Shown: piece by piece, positions 17,572 to 26,895 of the stretch
Numbering within the stretch: the first letter of the stretch is position 1
Layout of the letters: each line of letters starts with the position of its first letter
Source of the DNA: a virus
Taxonomy: Duplodnaviria; Caudoviricetes
DNA length: 55,940 bases
Virus record (IMG/VR): IMGVR_UViG_3300009184_005738
Coordinates: 1 to 55,940 of that record
Reading direction: 5' to 3' (one strand)
The notes under the pieces: generated by a model
Database searches by the model: none
The model's input: only the letters and a program-made list of their open reading frames with translations
Told to the model about the DNA's origin: nothing
Position numbers and translations under genes: made by a program

Positions 17572-18332
17572 TTTTCACCGTAGACAAAGTTGTATGCTCT
17601 TCCAAAATCTTGTTCAAATAAGGAAGGCAGATTTCCGCTTCCGCGTAAAACGTAGGCGGGAGAATACGTCGGTAATACAGGCCAAGGCCCAAGCCATATA
17701 ATCTTACCTCGTTCTTCATTCATATGCAATTTAGCTGGAAGTATAGAGCATGTTGCTACTAGTCCCATAGTTACTATGAGTTTAGGCTTAAGTGTCTGTA
17801 TCTCATTCAGTAGGTATGGTATGCAGTTTTCTATTTCTTCCATCGTATGTTTGACTCTAGATTTTTTGCTGCATCTATTTACAAACGACATGCATATTCT
17901 TGAAGAGGTAAAACCAGCCTCAGATGCAGTCCTAGTGAAGTAATCCAAACTGTTTGGGTCAGACATTGGAACTTCAGATATAAAGACTACATCTGGGTCA
18001 GCTACGTTCCAAAATGGTATAGTAGCTCCAGGTTGTGTTTCTGGGCATTTCCTGCAATTCTTAGTGACAATGTGAAGCTGTTCTAAAGTTTGTTCTTTTT
18101 CGAAATCATCGAGCTGAGAACTCCTTAGCTCATGCAACACCATCTGAACATCTGCTTTGTTCAAGTATGGAGTTAAAACTGAATCCAGTTTCTCTAGTAG
18201 CGCTGAGTCACCAAAGGATAAGGGGATTTTTGAAGATACCCTGAAGGCATTGCCCCCCTTATCCCTTAACGCCTGCTCGACTAGCTGAAGAACTTCATCT
18301 TCGTCAAAGTCTTGCTGGATTTCCTCGTCCAT
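17568..18332 (-). CDS. family-4 uracil-DNA glycosylase-like protein (degenerate active site)
   Basis: CRKC...RC...EIENCIPYL..EI...KPKLIVTMG...PTYSPAYVLR. Confidence 0.78.
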   Translation of the reverse strand: MDEEIQQDFDEDEVLQLVEQALRDKGGNAFRVSSKIPLSFGDSALLEKLDSVLTPYLNKADVQMVLHELRSSQLDDFEKEQTLEQLHIVTKNCRKCPETQPGATIPFWNVADPDVVFISEVPMSDPNSLDYFTRTASEAGFTSSRICMSFVNRCSKKSRVKHTMEEIENCIPYLLNEIQTLKPKLIVTMGLVATCSILPAKLHMNEERGKIIWLGPWPVLPTYSPAYVLRGSGNLPSLFEQDFGRAYNFVYGEK

Positions 18333-18739
18333 CAGAATGAGCTAGGAGCTACGCTCTCTGCGCTAGTGGCCGCCGGGGCAGCACCCTCTGGCTTGCTACG
18401 TGAGGCGTATGTAATATTTTCGGCCACAATCACTACCTTTGAAGACTTCTTGTCGTCTGTGGACCAACGCTCCTGGACAAGGCGTCCTATCAAGCGAATC
18501 TGGCTACCCTTGGAGAGCTTGCCACTTGAGATTTGATTGCGAACGAATTCACAGTTGCGCTTATTCTCATCGCTATTCAAATAATAGGTAACATCAAAGT
18601 ACCCCGTGCTATTATCTGAACCCTTTTCGGAACCAGCATAATCGACGGCAACTCGGAACTTAGCGATGTTCTCTGTAGGCATTTCGGGATCTGCGACAAC
18701 GCCGCATGTAAGGTTTAGGTTATTGTTTGGATCTATCAC
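18332..18739 (-). CDS. ssb: single-stranded DNA-binding protein
   Basis: N..L.G.VVADPE...FRVAV...YFDV...KGSQI...GRL....W OB-fold pattern; tail ends in F. Confidence 0.85.
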   Translation of the reverse strand: MIDPNNNLNLTCGVVADPEMPTENIAKFRVAVDYAGSEKGSDNSTGYFDVTYYLNSDENKRNCEFVRNQISSGKLSKGSQIRLIGRLVQERWSTDDKKSSKVVIVAENITYASRSKPEGAAPAATSAESVAPSSF

Positions 18740-18740
18740 T

Positions 18741-18950
18741 TCACTTACTTTCTAATGGGTTTTTACTAATTGTTCTTAGGCCAGCTGATATAGAGTCTAG
18801 CCATTTAGCTGTTTCTTCTTTAGCTTGCTCCATAGGAACAAACTGGGATAGGTGCTGACACATGGAAACTGATAGGTTAAATATACCATTTCTTAGTTCT
18901 TCACTATAGTTTTTGGTAAATTCGTTCTGTTTTTCTTCCTCTTCCATCAT
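18741..18950 (-). CDS. hypothetical protein
   Basis: coupled ORF. Confidence 0.55.
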   Translation of the reverse strand: MMEEEEKQNEFTKNYSEELRNGIFNLSVSMCQHLSQFVPMEQAKEETAKWLDSISAGLRTISKNPLESK

Positions 18951-19273
18951 ACACCCACTTTCTTTGACAGCGCTGTATCCATAATCCTGCCAAGTTCCTT
19001 GGAATCTTTATAACCTTTATCGTATAGTATCGATATGACTGGTTTTGGGTCTAGGGACTTATAGGTCAGTAGCTGTAGGTTTAGTACATCGTTCACAGTG
19101 TATATCCTGTAGTTATTTAAATCACGTTTTGCTTCTGGGTATTTTCCAGATCGTTCCCTATTAGCAATAGTTAGCGGCGTAACATTTAGTATCTTAGCTA
19201 CTTCACCCCTACTTAAAATTGGGTTCGAGATTGATGTTGCTGTTCTCATAAAATAGTCCTCACTATATGACAA
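18947..19273 (-). CDS. MerR-family HTH DNA-binding protein
   Basis: SRGEVAKILNVTPLTIANRERSG...RDLNNYRIYT. Confidence 0.8.
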   Translation of the reverse strand: MSYSEDYFMRTATSISNPILSRGEVAKILNVTPLTIANRERSGKYPEAKRDLNNYRIYTVNDVLNLQLLTYKSLDPKPVISILYDKGYKDSKELGRIMDTALSKKVGV

Positions 19274-19316
19274 TATATACCTATATTATAGTAAAGCCTA
19301 TATATTATTATTAAAA

Positions 19317-20186
19317 CTATGCAACAGAAAAACTATTTACAATTTTGACCATAGCTTCACGGATGTCCATACCCGAGTGCTGGCCTGCGTCATTTACGAA
19401 TGCATCTAGGGTATTTTTGAAAGTAGTTTCAACTTCAAAATCGCCACCAGAGGTATTGCGCTTAGGGTCCGACCATCTAGTTTCAAGTACGTTAAGAAGA
19501 GATAGTTTTTCCCAACTTTTGAAAAAGTTAAGATGATTCTTGATACTCGTACCGCTTGATAAGGCGGAAGGGATACCTGTGCGCATACTGTATTCGATAG
19601 TATCTGATAGGTCTAGGTTCCAGCCAGAATTCCATACCATATTGTAGGCGGCGTGAATTCCGTCTGCAAACGTTTCGCATGGTTCAAAATTTTCAAAGAT
19701 AGGGTTACACAAGGTGGAGTCGTAGTAAAGGTTTAGCATAGGTAGCATGTAAACCTTATCGCCCCAAGAGTATAGGGGTTCGTTTCTGCAGTAAACCCTA
19801 ACAGTTACCGGATTATTGTAGTCGTCGAATAAGACGTAGTAGATGGTCCACGGTATAGGGAGACTAAAGGATAGTACAGACGTACTGCTATTGATATTAT
19901 CTTTTTTATCAAAAGCAATTTCCACAAATTGAACAGTTGGTGGTCTCTCGAATACTGCTATCCGCTGGTTGTCAGATATCCACCTAACAGCTGGGGGTAG
20001 TAAGCCTAGGTCTTTCCTGTCTAGATTAACCATGCTTTTATATATATCTTCGCAATTTTTTTTTGCTAAAGGTATATTAGGGCTACCTGGCCCAGACTGA
20101 AAATAACCATCAACAGTATTGTTTGAGTCGTGTATATTTAAGTTAATTTTCATAGTAGGACAATTCCTTTTGTTGTCAAGATACAA
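19317..20186 (-). CDS. prokaryotic E2-like protein (Prok-E2 family D-like), paralogue 3
   Basis: LLPPAVRW...ERPP...LPIPWT...LPMLNLYYDSTLC. Confidence 0.62.
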   Translation of the reverse strand: MYLDNKRNCPTMKINLNIHDSNNTVDGYFQSGPGSPNIPLAKKNCEDIYKSMVNLDRKDLGLLPPAVRWISDNQRIAVFERPPTVQFVEIAFDKKDNINSSTSVLSFSLPIPWTIYYVLFDDYNNPVTVRVYCRNEPLYSWGDKVYMLPMLNLYYDSTLCNPIFENFEPCETFADGIHAAYNMVWNSGWNLDLSDTIEYSMRTGIPSALSSGTSIKNHLNFFKSWEKLSLLNVLETRWSDPKRNTSGGDFEVETTFKNTLDAFVNDAGQHSGMDIREAMVKIVNSFSVA

Positions 20187-21090
20187 TCTCTTTAAAGAAT
20201 CGACTTAGAGTGTTTTTATTTACGGCAACTTGTTGTGCATTTCCACTTAGGTTTAATGAATTACACTGCTGCCCAACTGTCCTTACTTCTTGAGAAAAAC
20301 TTTCACTCATGACATCTTCCATAGACATTTTTGACCACTCAGAAAGGTAGCTGTCTGCAGTGTCACATCTTCCGCGCGCTTCGTACGGGAGTAGTATGTC
20401 CCCACTTAGGTAGGTTAGGTCGTTGTTAAACCATCCAGTCCAGAAACCGTTTATCGAATCAAGTAGATAGGCACCAAGACTGGCATATGATGTTCTGGGC
20501 ATGTTGTAAAGAACATCGCCCCAGCAGATTTTTGCGTCCTCATAAAGGTTTGGTAGCGGCAAGCTATACAGCATGTCGTCCATACTTGTCACCATTGTTG
20601 GTCTGGAATAAGCTTGGCAAGATGAAATGTGAACCAAATCTTTATCTAATTCGAAAAACCACAAAGTCCACGGCACGTTGAGGGTATATTCTGCCCGGAA
20701 CAGTTCACGGTTTTCTTCTTCCCAGCCGCATTGGCATTCATCAAGTTCATTAGAGTAACATTCGTCACACCTGTCTGATTCTTCTGCATGGTCGCCGTGT
20801 ATGTCTATGTACTTGACGGTTACCACGAATGGTGGTCGTTCAACCATGATGTGCATCATGTCCTTGGATACCCATCTAGTCACTGGAGGTAAGATATCTG
20901 TATCTTGGGAAGCTTTAGAGAAAAATTTCTTCGCAACTAAGCTAACGTCTAATTGCTCTATTTCAAAGATCCCATACGAGAATGAAGCCCTGGACGTAGT
21001 AATACTTACGGACTGAGCGATTGAGTCGACCGGCTCTTCTTCTAGTACTTTATTGGCTATTGATTGAATTTGATAATCTGTTGTTGTCAT
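20176..21090 (-). CDS. prokaryotic E2-like protein (Prok-E2 family D-like), paralogue 2
   Basis: ILPPVTRW...ERPP...LNVPWT...LPLPNLYEDAKICWG...FWTGWFNNDL. Confidence 0.72.
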   Translation of the reverse strand: MTTTDYQIQSIANKVLEEEPVDSIAQSVSITTSRASFSYGIFEIEQLDVSLVAKKFFSKASQDTDILPPVTRWVSKDMMHIMVERPPFVVTVKYIDIHGDHAEESDRCDECYSNELDECQCGWEEENRELFRAEYTLNVPWTLWFFELDKDLVHISSCQAYSRPTMVTSMDDMLYSLPLPNLYEDAKICWGDVLYNMPRTSYASLGAYLLDSINGFWTGWFNNDLTYLSGDILLPYEARGRCDTADSYLSEWSKMSMEDVMSESFSQEVRTVGQQCNSLNLSGNAQQVAVNKNTLSRFFKEIVS

Positions 21091-21110
21091 GATAAAACCT
21101 ATCTATCGAG

Positions 21111-22328
21111 TTAAACGTTAGCTACATACTGAGAGTATGTATCTAGGGGTTTTTCTTCTGGGTTTATCGGGGTAAAACCATTAAAACCTGGAGATTCATA
21201 AATAGCTTTTATAAGACTCAGGTTTTCTATCGGTTCATGGTCCACATCGTTGTCGCTTTTGATTACGCGCCAGAACATTACTCCTAAACCATACCTACGA
21301 CTTTGTAGAGTGTATACTTTTTCGCTATCAATTGCTACGGTAGTGGAGTGGTCTTCCCAGGTTTCTGGAACGTAAGATTTACACAGGTACTGAGAACCCG
21401 AATCAGTATACTTGCAGCTAGGATTAGGGGTGTTTTCGGCAAGCATCACTATGGGACTTGAACAGTTGGATACATATTTTGGTGGAGTATCAAACTTATA
21501 GTGAGAGCTGGGCGCTGACCCATTCGACTCGGAAGGGTCGTGTTTGGGTGTGTAAAATTTACAGCTGACTGTCTTTTTGGTATCTTTAGCGATAATGCAT
21601 ATATCTTTGATATCAAAAACATCTTGACCAAGTAAAGTATATGAATCAAAAATGCCCTTAAAGTCTACTGATAAAATTTCCTGACCCTCATAGATGAATA
21701 TATCTATTTTGATTTCTGGACTATCAGAATCTTTTTCGGCTATAAAAGCTTTTTGTGATTTATCATTATTTGATTCATCAACTGTTACGACGTTGTATTT
21801 AACAACTTCTTTTGGGTCAAGCCCAAAACTGTCAGTGTTTTCAACATCTTTAACATTAACAAATAGACCTGAACCGTCAGTGAAGTATTGCTCACCATCT
21901 GGGGCTGTTACGATTGTGGTGCTATTGCTGGAGGGGATAGTGGTGGGAGGGATAATGCCGCCGTTTGCTCCGCTTAAGGGAGATATATGAAATTTACCGG
22001 TGTCACCAGCGGGGCCTGACGGGCCAATTAGGCTATGTACCGAAATTTTTGGGGTCAGGTGTTTTAGGATTTTCGTTGATGTGTTCTCTCCGAAGGATTG
22101 TAAGAGTTTCCACAACTCTTCATCCTTCCACGAGTCATCCTCCTCAGGGTTGCTCGATGATGCTTCGGCCACCAGCTTCCCCAGTAGCTCCATAGCTTGC
22201 TGAGCGTCCGCCTGAGCCGCTGCTTGCTCCATAATGGAGTCATCTACGTCTGAGCCCCCCAAATTGAACTGGGGCTGTTCAGGCTGTTCGTTTTCGTTGG
22301 TTATTTTAGAAAAGATATCCATGTTCAA
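21111..22328 (-). CDS. hypothetical protein with low-complexity N-terminus
   Basis: 405-aa ORF. Confidence 0.65.
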   Translation of the reverse strand: MNMDIFSKITNENEQPEQPQFNLGGSDVDDSIMEQAAAQADAQQAMELLGKLVAEASSSNPEEDDSWKDEELWKLLQSFGENTSTKILKHLTPKISVHSLIGPSGPAGDTGKFHISPLSGANGGIIPPTTIPSSNSTTIVTAPDGEQYFTDGSGLFVNVKDVENTDSFGLDPKEVVKYNVVTVDESNNDKSQKAFIAEKDSDSPEIKIDIFIYEGQEILSVDFKGIFDSYTLLGQDVFDIKDICIIAKDTKKTVSCKFYTPKHDPSESNGSAPSSHYKFDTPPKYVSNCSSPIVMLAENTPNPSCKYTDSGSQYLCKSYVPETWEDHSTTVAIDSEKVYTLQSRRYGLGVMFWRVIKSDNDVDHEPIENLSLIKAIYESPGFNGFTPINPEEKPLDTYSQYVANV

Positions 22329-22930
22329 CTCCAGTTAAACGATGCCCTGTTGTTTACCAGTGCATCTTGGTTTTCATAAGTGGTCTTTAGGGTATGAAAA
22401 GATTCTGTAATTTCTTCATTAACTTTTCTAAGTTGTTGATTTTCCGCTCTCATTTTTTGTACTGATTGCAAAAGTGCATAATTTTTTGAATCATTTATGC
22501 CGATTTCCGCGCCAGAAATTTTTAAATTGCTTCTGAGGCAGGTTACGTTGAGTGTGGTGGTTGACATGTGGTCTATGGTGATTCTGTATATTCTTTTGTC
22601 TTCTACGAGTTTTATTGCTTTGTATATTTCTTTGATTGGTGTGTTGGTGTTGGTTGTGGCCATGAATGTGTCGAGGATGTCTTTAAATAGCAGGTCTTTG
22701 TCGCTGAGGTATCCGTAGATGGTTGTGTCTTCGTATTTGTTTTGGAGTGCTTCTGCTATGTTGGCTTCGAATGTTCCTGTTAGCCATTTGTCCATGCCTG
22801 GGTATTCGTTGGTGAAGTTGGAGAGTTTGTTGTTTGTCATCCAACTTTGTGTCCATACTGCTCGTTCTGTATATATTTTTAGAAGTAGGTTTGCTAGATA
22901 CAAAACTTTTTGTTCTTGCAGTTCATTCAT
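22325..22930 (-). CDS. hypothetical protein
   Basis: coupled ORF, AGGA RBS. Confidence 0.6.
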   Translation of the reverse strand: MNELQEQKVLYLANLLLKIYTERAVWTQSWMTNNKLSNFTNEYPGMDKWLTGTFEANIAEALQNKYEDTTIYGYLSDKDLLFKDILDTFMATTNTNTPIKEIYKAIKLVEDKRIYRITIDHMSTTTLNVTCLRSNLKISGAEIGINDSKNYALLQSVQKMRAENQQLRKVNEEITESFHTLKTTYENQDALVNNRASFNWS

Positions 22931-22944
22931 TTGTTGTCCTATTA

Positions 22945-23226
22945 TCAGGCGGTAAAGTTAATTTTAATGTCGTGAATAGTGACGTGTCCTTCGAGGAGTA
23001 GTTTGTAGACGTCTCCTTGGAGGACTGCTATTGACGATAGTTGTGGGTGGAGCTTCTTGGCTACTATGTAGGCTTTTCCAAGGAGTTCTAGGCTGTTGTA
23101 GATGTCGAATTCTTCGTCGTCTACTACGAGTAGTCCTACGTTGTTTTCTGCTATGTAGAACTCAGTTTTCTGGAGCCACGTTTTCCATGGGTTTTTCAGG
23201 CTCTGGGTTTCCGTTTTCCATGACAT
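22945..23226 (-). CDS. hypothetical protein (start uncertain)
   Basis: overlaps the upstream ORF by about 65 nt. Confidence 0.45.
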   Translation of the reverse strand: MSWKTETQSLKNPWKTWLQKTEFYIAENNVGLLVVDDEEFDIYNSLELLGKAYIVAKKLHPQLSSIAVLQGDVYKLLLEGHVTIHDIKINFTA

Positions 23227-23536
23227 CTGACGTGTACTCCAGGGTTTCTAGCATTATCGTTCTTAGTTCCATTACTTTTTCTTGGAAGGACTTTTGTCTT
23301 TCTTCGTTTTCGTATTGGAGTTGGAACAGTAGGGCTTCTAGGAGGACGGCTTGTTCTGCAAAGCCTACGGTAACTGTTGCTAGTTGTTGTTCTAATGCTT
23401 CTACTTTTGAGCTGTGTAGCTCTAGTTCTTCTGTAAATAGTCTTTGGTGGGATCTGAATGATCCGTCTACTTTGGAGTAGAATAGGTCGAGGTCTTCTTG
23501 GGAGACTGACCTTGGGATTTGTGATTCTTCTGTCAT
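23162..23536 (-). CDS. hypothetical coiled-coil protein
   Basis: coupled ORF. Confidence 0.6.
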   Translation of the reverse strand: MTEESQIPRSVSQEDLDLFYSKVDGSFRSHQRLFTEELELHSSKVEALEQQLATVTVGFAEQAVLLEALLFQLQYENEERQKSFQEKVMELRTIMLETLEYTSDVMENGNPEPEKPMENVAPEN

Positions 23537-24144
23537 TATTCAACAAACCATTCTAAGTTTGAGTTGGCATTTGAAGCAAGGCATAGGTCTACTCTGTATG
23601 ATATTTCAGCCATTTCTACTCTTGTTATTTTGATTGAGTCGGTAGATAGTGGGCTTGACATGTCTGGTAGGAATGCGCCGGAGGATGATTTGTTTGCTTT
23701 GAAGTGTCCGCATTTGAATATGAATGCACTGTTGTCGTATTCGGTTTCGCCTTTGCGCCAGTAGTGTGATTTGAATATGCGTGATATTGGTTTTCCGTCT
23801 GGTCCTGTTCCTCCACCGTAGAAGGCTACGCCTTCGTCGGTTGGTACACCGAGTTTTGCGTTGGTTTTGTACAGGTTTTTTCCGTATCCTGCGGTTACTG
23901 CTTTGCAGTAGGTGGCGAATAGGATTGAGTCGACGAATGTTTCGGTGTGTGATTTGAGGCTTGCGTCTGAACCGGTTGCGCCTATGTCTATTCTGAATTT
24001 ACCTATTTTGAGCAGTGGTTTGATTGATACGAATCCACTGGCTGATGGTGATTTAAACCATTTTTTGTATAGGTCAGGAATAATTTTTTTGTCGGCGCTT
24101 GAATCGCTTGCGATTATTGGTTCTTGGTCTAAGTTTAGGTCCAT
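23536..24144 (-). CDS. hypothetical protein
   Basis: AAGGA RBS; directly downstream of the AAA ATPase. Confidence 0.65.
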   Translation of the reverse strand: MDLNLDQEPIIASDSSADKKIIPDLYKKWFKSPSASGFVSIKPLLKIGKFRIDIGATGSDASLKSHTETFVDSILFATYCKAVTAGYGKNLYKTNAKLGVPTDEGVAFYGGGTGPDGKPISRIFKSHYWRKGETEYDNSAFIFKCGHFKANKSSSGAFLPDMSSPLSTDSIKITRVEMAEISYRVDLCLASNANSNLEWFVE

Positions 24145-24152
24145 TGATTTCC

Positions 24153-25730
24153 TTAGAATGATTGCATTACTGGTTTACGTTTTTTGCTGGTTGGTCCGTT
24201 GAGTAGGGTTTGTGCGTCTGCGAGTTGGGCGGAACTGGCCCAGTCCCATTCGGCTATTGCCCTTTGGTACATTTCGACGACTGTGGCACGATGTTTTACC
24301 CACATGCGGTTTTGTTGTGTTGGGATGAGTGTTTCTACATCTTCTTGGCTGATCTTGCGCTTTTCTCTGACAGAGATTTTGAAACGGGCTTCACGGATGA
24401 GGGCTTTTATTTCTGCACCCGTGAAGGTTTCCGTCATTGCAGCAAGTGTGTCTAGGTTGAAGCGTTCTGCATCTTTGTCTAAGTGTATGTTGAAGATGCT
24501 GAGACGTTCTTCGAATGATGGTAGGCCGACAAACATGATTTTGTCGAACCTGTCGGCACGGAGCATTTCTGGGCTGATGTGCCCAATCTGATTTGCTGCG
24601 GCCATGAGTAGTACGTTGTCTGGAAGTTCTTGTATGCCGGTTAGGAATTCACCGTGAACACGAGAGGTTGTACCTCCGTCGCCTTGGTAGTCTCCGGCGG
24701 AGAGGTCACGTCCGAGCTCGTCCATCCATACAACTAGTGGAGCCATTGCCCGTAGTTGTGCGAATGCTGAGCGCATACGCTTTTCTGATTCACCGATAAA
24801 CTTATCCATCATCTGGCTTACGCCAAATTTGGCAAGGTCAAGATTTAGTGTGCTGGCTGTGGCTTCGCAGATGGCTGATTTTCCAGTACCTGGCACACCA
24901 ACGAACAGTATGCGCCTTAGCGGCATGATGTCTAGTTCTGCAGCTTCTTGAGGGTTGTTCCATGTCCATACAACATTCTCGATTAGCTCTTTGGCAAGGT
25001 CGAGTCCGCCTATTTGGTCTAGGGAGATTGATGGCCGGCGGATTTCTAGGATCCCACCTTCTTTGACGCGATCCATCTTCCACTTAGCTATGTAAGCTGG
25101 GTCTACAGTCTTTTCGGTGTTGAGGCTCATTAGCGATACTTGGATGAACTCTTGCTCGGTTAGCCCTAGGCCAGCTTTTACGATTTGGCTGAGGTCTATG
25201 TTCCCTGAGTCTAGGATTGGGTCTTGCGAGAACATGGAGGCGCATAGGTGTGCGAGTTCTGCTTCGGATGGGTATCCGGGGGAGGACACAACGAAGTGCT
25301 TGATGAGTTCTTTGGGCACTTCTTCTGTGCACGACAGTAGGATAAACTGTGGGCCTATTTTGGTTTTATCGTTTTGGATTACCGCAGAGCGATATTTATT
25401 GTAGACTCCACTGAATAACCCTATAAGGTTTTCTGCTATTATATGGCCATTTTCTAAGATGATGCAAGCATTCTTGTCGATGACATACTGAATAGCAACT
25501 TCTAAATTGCTTGTTGGAACTTCCCTGAGGTCGCCTTCTTCTGCGGAACCCATCTCAATGAGAACGGTTTTCCAAGAATTGTCCCGCCAAACACTTAATC
25601 CTTCGAAAGGGTCTAGGTGGTAAACTTCATTGACACTTGTGCTGCAAATGATTTCCGTGACCCGTTCGGGCTCGACGGTGTTGACCCATATTAGCGGGGA
25701 GCCAATACGGAGGTGTTGGATGAGTTCCAT
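24153..25730 (-). CDS. AAA+ ATPase (Ycf46/Cdc48-like, degenerate N-terminal AAA domain)
   Basis: IGGLD, Walker A GVPGTGKS, pore loop KFIGESE, Walker B VWMDE, Arg finger LRADRFD, FTGAEI. Confidence 0.9.
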   Translation of the reverse strand: MELIQHLRIGSPLIWVNTVEPERVTEIICSTSVNEVYHLDPFEGLSVWRDNSWKTVLIEMGSAEEGDLREVPTSNLEVAIQYVIDKNACIILENGHIIAENLIGLFSGVYNKYRSAVIQNDKTKIGPQFILLSCTEEVPKELIKHFVVSSPGYPSEAELAHLCASMFSQDPILDSGNIDLSQIVKAGLGLTEQEFIQVSLMSLNTEKTVDPAYIAKWKMDRVKEGGILEIRRPSISLDQIGGLDLAKELIENVVWTWNNPQEAAELDIMPLRRILFVGVPGTGKSAICEATASTLNLDLAKFGVSQMMDKFIGESEKRMRSAFAQLRAMAPLVVWMDELGRDLSAGDYQGDGGTTSRVHGEFLTGIQELPDNVLLMAAANQIGHISPEMLRADRFDKIMFVGLPSFEERLSIFNIHLDKDAERFNLDTLAAMTETFTGAEIKALIREARFKISVREKRKISQEDVETLIPTQQNRMWVKHRATVVEMYQRAIAEWDWASSAQLADAQTLLNGPTSKKRKPVMQSF

Positions 25731-25741
25731 TTTTTTAAATC

Positions 25742-25972
25742 CTAATAGTTAAGAGTAACGTTGATTTCTATATTGGAGTCTTCAGCCCAGTTAAGTAGAT
25801 TAACTATTTGGCTTGGAGTGGATGCTCGGTAGTATCGGATGAATCGATAGCTACTTTCATTATAGAATATTCCCGGTGGGAACCTAGTACTGTCCTGCGC
25901 TACTGACATGATGGACACAGAAACTGCGCCAATCATAGTTGAGTAAAGTCCGTAATAACTTACATTATCCAT
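25742..25972 (-). CDS. hypothetical protein
   Basis: coupled ORF. Confidence 0.5.
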   Translation of the reverse strand: MDNVSYYGLYSTMIGAVSVSIMSVAQDSTRFPPGIFYNESSYRFIRYYRASTPSQIVNLLNWAEDSNIEINVTLNY

Positions 25973-26492
25973 ACGAATAATCGCTTTCTTGATGCCAGCC
26001 TTTTTCTTCTCGCGAAGAAGCGATTTGTATCGCTTGGACCTTATCTAATAGTTTTCTTGCAGATTCAGAAGCTATTCTGGCTGCTACTTCTTGCGCTTCT
26101 GCTAATTCGATTACTGCTTCAAGAGTTGACATTTCTATAAACTCTTTTTCTGCAACCGCTATTGCATTAGCTTCTCGTTCTTGTGCGTTTTTGGCTGAAC
26201 CGCCAAGTGCAGCTTTGTACTTGCGTTTGTATCTTCCTTCAGCAAGTTTGTAGTGGGCTCTTGCGATACCACCAAATCTCGCGATCCTGCCATAGTTGTT
26301 GGATGTTCTTGCAACCATGGACATCAAAGAACCTACAGTTAAGTCTATATCATCAGCTGTTGGCAATTCTATAAATGATGAACCACTACTGCCTGGATCA
26401 GCTACTATAAGTGATATAATTTGCTCTAACTCTGGTCCAAGAATTTCTATTAAAAGCGTTTCCGCTTGATGTACTGGGCTCACTGTAGACAT
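25965..26492 (-). CDS. helical coiled-coil protein
   Basis: AAGGAG RBS before MSTVS; Ala/Glu-rich helices. Confidence 0.6.
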   Translation of the reverse strand: MSTVSPVHQAETLLIEILGPELEQIISLIVADPGSSGSSFIELPTADDIDLTVGSLMSMVARTSNNYGRIARFGGIARAHYKLAEGRYKRKYKAALGGSAKNAQEREANAIAVAEKEFIEMSTLEAVIELAEAQEVAARIASESARKLLDKVQAIQIASSREEKGWHQESDYSYG

Positions 26493-26569
26493 GGTTCTCC
26501 TTGAGTATAGTCCCAGCTTACACTCACGGAGCATAGAGTGCAAGCCGGGACGCATACTAGTTACCTAGT

Positions 26570-26878
26570 TCAGGCGAAAAGCTCGTTGACTTCAACGGTT
26601 GAAAGCTTGTAGATGCTGTCGGTCTCAGTGTCGAGAACTCGAGTACCATCGGTGCGGCCTGGGTGGAACGACTTGATAGCCGATTCACGGTTAGGTGCTT
26701 CTACCCAGAAAGTTCCAGTGATCTCGAAAACGCTAGGTTCAGCGTTACGGGTCCAGTTTGCCTTCATTGCTGCAGCGGACGGAGCAGTGATCTTGAGCGC
26801 CTTAGCGACATCCTGACTGCTCTTGCCCTTTGCGAACATGGCGTGAGCCTTCTCACGCATTGCGTTAGTTAGTGCCAT
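26570..26878 (-). CDS. HTH-containing protein
   Basis: AAGGAG RBS; GKSSQDVAKALKIT HTH; more GC-rich codon usage. Confidence 0.6.
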   Translation of the reverse strand: MALTNAMREKAHAMFAKGKSSQDVAKALKITAPSAAAMKANWTRNAEPSVFEITGTFWVEAPNRESAIKSFHPGRTDGTRVLDTETDSIYKLSTVEVNELFA

Positions 26879-26895
26879 TACTTTTCTCCTTGAAA

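Noticed and set aside
22945-23536. Second programmed frameshift at the 23162-23226 overlap
   Set aside because: No canonical slippery heptamer in frame, and an in-frame ATG is available.
23031-25404. Plus-strand and alternate-frame ORFs of 60-150 aa within the minus-strand block (and antisense ORFs inside dnaE)
   Set aside because: They are shadow ORFs of real genes, favoured by the local compositional skew, and show no motifs or RBS.
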